DNA of 64,000 bases from an uncultured Thermoplasmata archaeon (GTDB lineage: Archaea; Thermoplasmatota; Thermoplasmata; UBA10834): the NCBI GenBank assembly GCA_963719945.1, contig CAVRDX010000001.1, positions 800,001-864,000 of the forward strand. Reading direction: 5' to 3'. Positions 59,371-64,000 of this stretch are shown in pieces; positions within the stretch are counted from its first letter, which is position 1, and each line of letters begins with the position of its first letter. The position numbers and the translations under genes were made by a program. The notes under the pieces are model-generated. The model ran no database searches and was not told the DNA's origin. It was given only the letters and a program-made list of their open reading frames with translations.

Positions 59371-60281
59371 GCGCTCCCCTCCTTGTCGGTCATCATGCGT
59401 TCCAGTTCGATCGCGATCGGGGTCGCGATCATGTGGAAGAGCTTGCTGAACGGTATGTAGGCGATCAGGAGGGCGCTCATCACACCATGCACGAGCCACG
59501 CAGCATCGTACCAGTCACCGCTCGAAGCTGGCACCAACAACGAGAACGCATACCCGACGAACGAGTATTCTACATTCTGGTCATGGCCAGGTATGCCACC
59601 TGCAATACCCATGCCTTCGAGTATGAACCCACCCAGAACGACTGCTAACAGGAACAGGATTGATGCGGCGTCGGGAAGCTCGGTCCTCACAATCTTGGGC
59701 TTCAGAATCGACCGTCGGATAGCTGCCAGGACCAGGCCGATAAGCATCATCAGACCTACGAGGTCGAAGCCGAAGTCACGCAGCCATAGTTTGGCCCAGC
59801 CAGTCTCGTCAATCATAGGTTGATATCTTAGGATGTCCAGCGAGAATGTGACTATGAGATCGAGAATGAACATTAGTATGAATCCGCCCAGGATCATGAT
59901 GTGCATGAACCATCGTGAGACGCTCCTTTCCTTCAGCTTGGACAGATAGAGAGCATCCATCAGGAGAGAGCGCGTGGCCTTCATCAAGCGGCCGTGAACC
60001 AAGGAGACAATGGCGAGCTTGGCGAATCCCATGAGCCTACGCTCGGGAGTGGTGGTCAGACCTTTTCCTCGCATCCACATGAGGAAGTTGTAGAGAGTGC
60101 CGAGCAAGAACACCACGACGCTCAGCACTATCACGACAAGGAACAGGGACAGGTAGGTCCGGTCGCGTACGTACACCGTCTCGTACGGCAGGAGAAGGAT
60201 CACGGCGCAAAGCAGCACGATGAATGAGAAGAACGGCACGTACAGAGTCGCCCTCTCGCTCAGGTATCCGTCCGTTGCCAT
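59367..60281 (-). CDS. NarI/HdrE-like membrane cytochrome b anchor
   Basis: RWFMHIMILGGF, WLVHG..., YIPFSKLFH heme-ligand motifs; multiple TM; start at MATDG. Confidence 0.8.
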   Translation of the reverse strand: MATDGYLSERATLYVPFFSFIVLLCAVILLLPYETVYVRDRTYLSLFLVVIVLSVVVFLLGTLYNFLMWMRGKGLTTTPERRLMGFAKLAIVSLVHGRLMKATRSLLMDALYLSKLKERSVSRWFMHIMILGGFILMFILDLIVTFSLDILRYQPMIDETGWAKLWLRDFGFDLVGLMMLIGLVLAAIRRSILKPKIVRTELPDAASILFLLAVVLGGFILEGMGIAGGIPGHDQNVEYSFVGYAFSLLVPASSGDWYDAAWLVHGVMSALLIAYIPFSKLFHMIATPIAIELERMMTDKEGSA

Positions 60282-60316
60282 CGCGGCTCTAATCAGATTC
60301 GGGCGATATATATTCG

Positions 60317-61429
60317 TTACCTTCTGGAGGAGAAGTGCTCGTTGACCGTCAGTCTTGCGGCCTCGACCAGGTTCGACGGGGCGCTTTCGACCTCCTGCGC
60401 GTTGCTTGATGACGATTCGAGTATCTCGTCTCTGGCGATCCCAAGGAGACTGTCGACCCGATCTGATACGGATCCATCGATACTTGCTTTCCTGATCTCG
60501 ATCGCATTGAGGAGTTCCATGAGTCGGCCGCCGTCCCACAACTTCGAACCGACGACGAACGACCTATGCTCGAGGCCCAGAATGGCCACTTTAAGATCGG
60601 CGATCGATCTGTCAAGATTCGTCTTCCGTTGCTCATGGGTACGAGTCGATTTGTCATTACCAGCCATGTGCATAAGGTCGAGCATGACATCGTTCGCTTC
60701 CGGGAAATCGGGATGCTCGAGATGAGGCCCGAGCAATAACAGCTCTCCTGATCCGAAGCGGCATCTTATGACGGCAGGTGCGCGGTCCAATACATTTCTC
60801 ACCTCGTCATGCGACATATTCATCGTGGCTTGCTCTGCCATTCCAGCATATCTGATCAAGACTTCGTCATCATCCGGCTCAGTGAATACCGGTCCTCCGT
60901 ACAATGGGGCGACCATCGAAGAGCCGTTTATGTCCAATAGGACACTTCCCCGTACAGGATGGAATATGCTGCAGCTTCCGTATCGCACGGCATATCTCGT
61001 AGTCGATGATTCGGCCATAGAAATGCCAGGTCGGATGTTGGTGATCCTGGTCTTCGAGATGTTGAACTGCTGAAATGGGGGTATCGAAGAGGGCAGCGGA
61101 AGATAGGCGCCCGCGCATATGCCTATGTACTGACCGCCGCTTCGGATGAATCCCTTCAGGTTTGAGAAACCTTTGCCGTTGAGGGCTTCCGCGATCTCAA
61201 AGCCGTCGCCCCCGGATATGATCACTCTCGAATAGGAACCTTCGATATCGCGCTGAAGATCGCTCTCGCTCGCGAACACTACGTTGAATATACCGCGATT
61301 CTCGAACAGGTCCGCGAGCCATGTCCAAGAGTGCGAGGAACCCGAGCCCGCGTAGACCATTGTGCTGCGACTATTCCTGGGCACGAACACCGAAATGCTC
61401 CCTGGGCCCATAAAGGGAGCGCAGAACAC
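60317..61429 (-). CDS. BPL_N (biotin-protein ligase N-terminal, class I GATase-like) domain protein
   Basis: VYAG.GS, ISGGD, GGQYIGICAGAY, YGGPVF, GPHLEHP; start uncertain. Confidence 0.75.
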   Translation of the reverse strand: MFCAPFMGPGSISVFVPRNSRSTMVYAGSGSSHSWTWLADLFENRGIFNVVFASESDLQRDIEGSYSRVIISGGDGFEIAEALNGKGFSNLKGFIRSGGQYIGICAGAYLPLPSSIPPFQQFNISKTRITNIRPGISMAESSTTRYAVRYGSCSIFHPVRGSVLLDINGSSMVAPLYGGPVFTEPDDDEVLIRYAGMAEQATMNMSHDEVRNVLDRAPAVIRCRFGSGELLLLGPHLEHPDFPEANDVMLDLMHMAGNDKSTRTHEQRKTNLDRSIADLKVAILGLEHRSFVVGSKLWDGGRLMELLNAIEIRKASIDGSVSDRVDSLLGIARDEILESSSSNAQEVESAPSNLVEAARLTVNEHFSSRR

Positions 61430-61492
61430 TGGCCCGAGCTTGGGGGCATAGAAAGTGTTATAGAACCCCTTGCCTTATCTCGCTCCCCACAA

Positions 61493-61593
61493 GGGCCCAT
61501 GGTCTAGCGGTTATGACACCTGCTTGACATCGCTTTTCCTCCGGGAAGGCGTCAAATTGCAGGTAATCACCGGTTCGAATCCGGTTGGGCCCA
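61493..61593 (+). tRNA. tRNA-Val(GAC) with 28-nt canonical 37/38 intron (61530-61557)
   Basis: Acceptor GGGCCCA/TGGGCCC-A, anticodon stem CCTGC/GCAGG, GAC 61526-61528, ACCGG-TTCGAAT-CCGGT T-arm; BHB helix TTGA/TCAA; TTATAG TATA upstream. Confidence 0.93.
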
Positions 61594-61800
61594 CTATCTT
61601 CCTTCTGGCTATTTTCCAATCAGGGTCTTTTTGTACCGGGATATGAACCTTTTCATCGCCTTTCCTCGTGAAATCGATGGTTCAGGTTGCAACGCATGCA
61701 GAACCCGACAGACTGGCTGATTTCTATCGCAGGAAATTGACGACGATCTGGACCCCTTCTCAGCTTCTTTTCCTGCTATTGCTACAGAGGAATTAATGGG

Positions 61801-61826
61801 TGGACCGAAAGGGATTTGAACCTCTG
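61801..61826 (-). repeat. Orphan tRNA 3'-end fragment (tRNA-Ala-like)
   Basis: Minus strand CAGAGGTTCAAATCCCTTTCGGTCCA = T-arm plus acceptor strand with U70; no 5' half found. Confidence 0.55.
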
Positions 61827-61877
61827 AAGTGCCAGTGTGTCAAGACTCGGATTCAATCAACGGGGAATTGGCCGGAG

Positions 61878-62060
61878 CTAACCCCCTTTCTTTTCCTTCA
61901 AATTCTTGTTCGGAGTGAAGATTCCAGCAGATGAACTAATCAAACCGATTCCGATAATGCCCACAACAGCTGCCACACCAGGTTCAATCTTACCCATCAA
62001 CAATAGCCCTGAAGCGATTCCACAAATCACCAATCCAGTGATGAAAAGAATCTTAATCAT
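61878..62060 (-). CDS. 60-aa two-TM membrane microprotein
   Basis: Two hydrophobic helices plus basic tail; GAGGGA SD upstream; AT-richer codons than core genes. Confidence 0.65.
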   Translation of the reverse strand: MIKILFITGLVICGIASGLLLMGKIEPGVAAVVGIIGIGLISSSAGIFTPNKNLKEKKGG

Positions 62061-62227
62061 TGCCAGTCCCTCTCTTGGTCGAATCGCCTCAGGTGGTTTA
62101 AGGGTTTCTCCGGAGTCCCGCTCCTATGGCATTTTCCGAGGCGAGGCTCAACCCCCCCCCCCCTTCCCTGTTTTCAGAACGGTACGAATTCTTATCTATG
62201 AAGAACTCGATGAACAAAACGAAGGAA

Positions 62228-62572
62228 ATGATGCTATATCTGACAAGCTACAATCTGAAAGATGGGCGTGCTGGGGAATACTCTGCTTGGGTGAAGAAGA
62301 ACAAGAAGAGCATACAGGACCATGCACCTCCGGGATGGAAGTTTCGCGGGATTTATGGATCTGTTCTGGGCTTTGGTCGGTATGATGTCACCGAGATATG
62401 GGAGCTCAGGAAGTACGCTGACTTCGACACCTTCCGCGACTGGGACGACAAGGTCAGTCTCCGATTGCAGGCGGAAGCGCAAGACTTCATGCTACCCGGG
62501 GCGAATGAATCGACATTGCTTAGAGAAGTCAGCGATGTTGTGGTCATCGATCACAAGAAGCCGAAGAAGTGA
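62228..62572 (+). CDS. Hypothetical protein, probable dimeric alpha-beta barrel (NIPSNAP/GYD-like)
   Basis: YLTSYNLK.G...GWKFRGIY...GRYDVTEIWEL..YADFD pattern; GAAGGA SD. Confidence 0.65.
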   Translation: MMLYLTSYNLKDGRAGEYSAWVKKNKKSIQDHAPPGWKFRGIYGSVLGFGRYDVTEIWELRKYADFDTFRDWDDKVSLRLQAEAQDFMLPGANESTLLREVSDVVVIDHKKPKK

Positions 62573-62949
62573 ATCTAGTCGTCCTAAACCTTTTGGTCTT
62601 TCCGCCCCTATGGCCTTTTGCGCGCTCTCAGATGCGGTTCGAGGCGGGATTCGCCAAGACCGAATAACGACCGGTTCCAACGTCGTTGTCGCGACCGGTT
62701 ACGACCTATCGTGACGCTCTATCGTGAAACACGATCTTCAAAGAGCTGTACTGGCGCCACCTGCTCGTCTGTAGCTCGTCTCATCTCGTGAGAACGGTGC
62801 GAGTGCCGGCACGCGCTTCGGACGCCTATTGATGCAAGGAATCATGAAGAGGAACAAGAAGGAGGAAAAGAAAAAGATCAAGAGGTTTCTCGGACTGGCC
62901 TTCTGCTATCGATAATGAATTAGAATCCGAGCCGCACTATCTGGCCGCG

Positions 62950-63008
62950 CACGAGTTCAGGCCCGGTTGGGCCCACTACATCTTATCTGGCTAAATTCTA
63001 ATCAGCGT
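62950..63008 (+). repeat. Copy 2 of the tRNA-Val 3' end plus downstream arm (att-like)
   Basis: CCGGTTGGGCCCACTA (62963-62978) identical to 61581-61596; followed after 7 nt by TCTGGCTAwwTTCyAATCAG as in copy 1. Confidence 0.85.
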
Positions 63009-63129
63009 TTTGGGTTTTTCGCAACAGGTGCTTCCCAGGCTGTCGCATGAGGGAGAACGCGGGTTCGAATTTAATCAGTGACAGAGCGTCTATATTACCA
63101 CGGACACCATTATGGGTCCGAGGGGAAAA

Positions 63130-63723
63130 ATGGCGGGGTCGTCGGGAAACTCGAAGAGCAGTGTAATTCTGACGTTCGTCGCAGTGTTCTTCGTTATGGC
63201 ATCAGCATGGATGACATGGTACACCATCTCCAACGAGCATACGACTGTGTCCGAGTATTGGCTGGACCACTTCGATCCGGAATGGGGCAATTATGGAGTC
63301 GAGACATATGACATCTATGACCAGGTTGACGAAGTGATGTTGGGACTGAAGTTTTTCACCATTCTGTGGTTCCTTGCAGCTCTATTCTTTGTGGGTCAAA
63401 TCATGACAGACAAATCCGGTCCTATCAGGGAAATCATCGCGGGTGCAACTCCTATTGCTTTGGGCATTGGGATGCTGGCATACTTTGCACTAGCGTTCCC
63501 TGGAGCTTGTCCTTCACCGTTAGTCTCAGGATTCTTTTCGAGCACAACGGTCGGCGGCGTCGTGTATACAGGAAGCCCCGGAGGAGGATTTTATCTGGTT
63601 GCAGTAGCCTGTGTATTTCAGGCATTGGCAGTAACGCTTCGTTTCAAATCAGTCTTCTCAAAACCGCGTTCGCCTGAACCCACCGCATGCGAGGCTCGCG
63701 TTGGCACGGAACCCCCGAAGTGA
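63130..63723 (+). CDS. Hypothetical 4-TM membrane protein
   Basis: Four hydrophobic segments with W..Y N-terminal loop and PGGGFYL before the last TM; start at 63112 or 63130. Confidence 0.7.
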   Translation: MAGSSGNSKSSVILTFVAVFFVMASAWMTWYTISNEHTTVSEYWLDHFDPEWGNYGVETYDIYDQVDEVMLGLKFFTILWFLAALFFVGQIMTDKSGPIREIIAGATPIALGIGMLAYFALAFPGACPSPLVSGFFSSTTVGGVVYTGSPGGGFYLVAVACVFQALAVTLRFKSVFSKPRSPEPTACEARVGTEPPK

Positions 63724-63861
63724 GCTGCATCATATCCGACGGATCAGACCTAATGAAATTTCGTGCAGAGAAGGTTTGAGGAAGGAAAGAAGAAAATGAT
63801 CTGCTGCGTTCCACCTCGAAATCCCCAGATTGCAGATTAGATTACAGCTAGTGTGCCCTAC

Positions 63862-63886
63862 TCGAATCGGGTTGGGCCCACTACAT
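63862..63886 (+). repeat. Copy 3 of the tRNA-Val 3' end (att-like)
   Basis: TCGAATCGGGTTGGGCCCACTA matches the tRNA end plus flank at 21/22; shares an extra CAT with copy 2. Confidence 0.85.
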
Positions 63887-64000
63887 ATTCTTGCCAGATA
63901 ATGGACTACAGGATTCAGACCGCATGATTTCGCATACTTCGAAGTCTTGAGCCTTTATGCTGAATGACGCTTGGTTCGGGACCAAATAGACCCACTCTTG

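Noticed and set aside
63057-63070. GCGGGTTCGAAT T-loop-like sequence
   Set aside because: No complementary T-stem or acceptor strand follows; too short to call a tRNA fragment.
63968-63986. TTGG-TTCGGGA-CCAA resembling a tRNA-Pro(CGG) anticodon arm
   Set aside because: No D-arm or T-arm around it and too close to the window edge; may be chance.
1-64000. CRISPR array, rRNA, transposase or integrase genes
   Set aside because: No regularly spaced repeats or such genes were seen; the tRNA-derived repeats are spaced 0.9-1.4 kb apart and are not CRISPR-like.

Overview
Archaeal chromosomal window, most consistent with an anaerobic Thermoplasmatota lineage. Archaeal markers are GGGP and DGGGP ether-lipid synthases, RadA, an archaeal CCA enzyme and two tRNAs with bulge-helix-bulge introns; the lineage call is inference from gene content. 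Most of the window is dense housekeeping and metabolic genes. Standout elements: (1) a 12 kb one-carbon cluster (OFA-type transporter, beta-carbonic anhydrase, acsA, folD, fhs, two complementary hdrA-like genes, mvhD, metV, metF), i.e. a bacterial-type tetrahydrofolate methyl branch with a putative Hdr-linked MTHFR but no adjacent hdrBC; (2) at the right end, tRNA-Val(GAC) followed by two more copies of its 3' end that delimit tiny (about 1.4 and 0.9 kb) integrase-free gene cassettes, plus a tRNA-Ala-like fragment; (3) a candidate promoter-bearing hairpin sRNA carrying an anti-Shine-Dalgarno sequence near cca; (4) a long, possibly switchable acsA leader; (5) a RadA P-loop mini-intein; (6) two probable CTG starts; (7) three Cys-rich microproteins, two of them missing from the ORF track. 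All calls come from reading motifs by eye; no searches were run.
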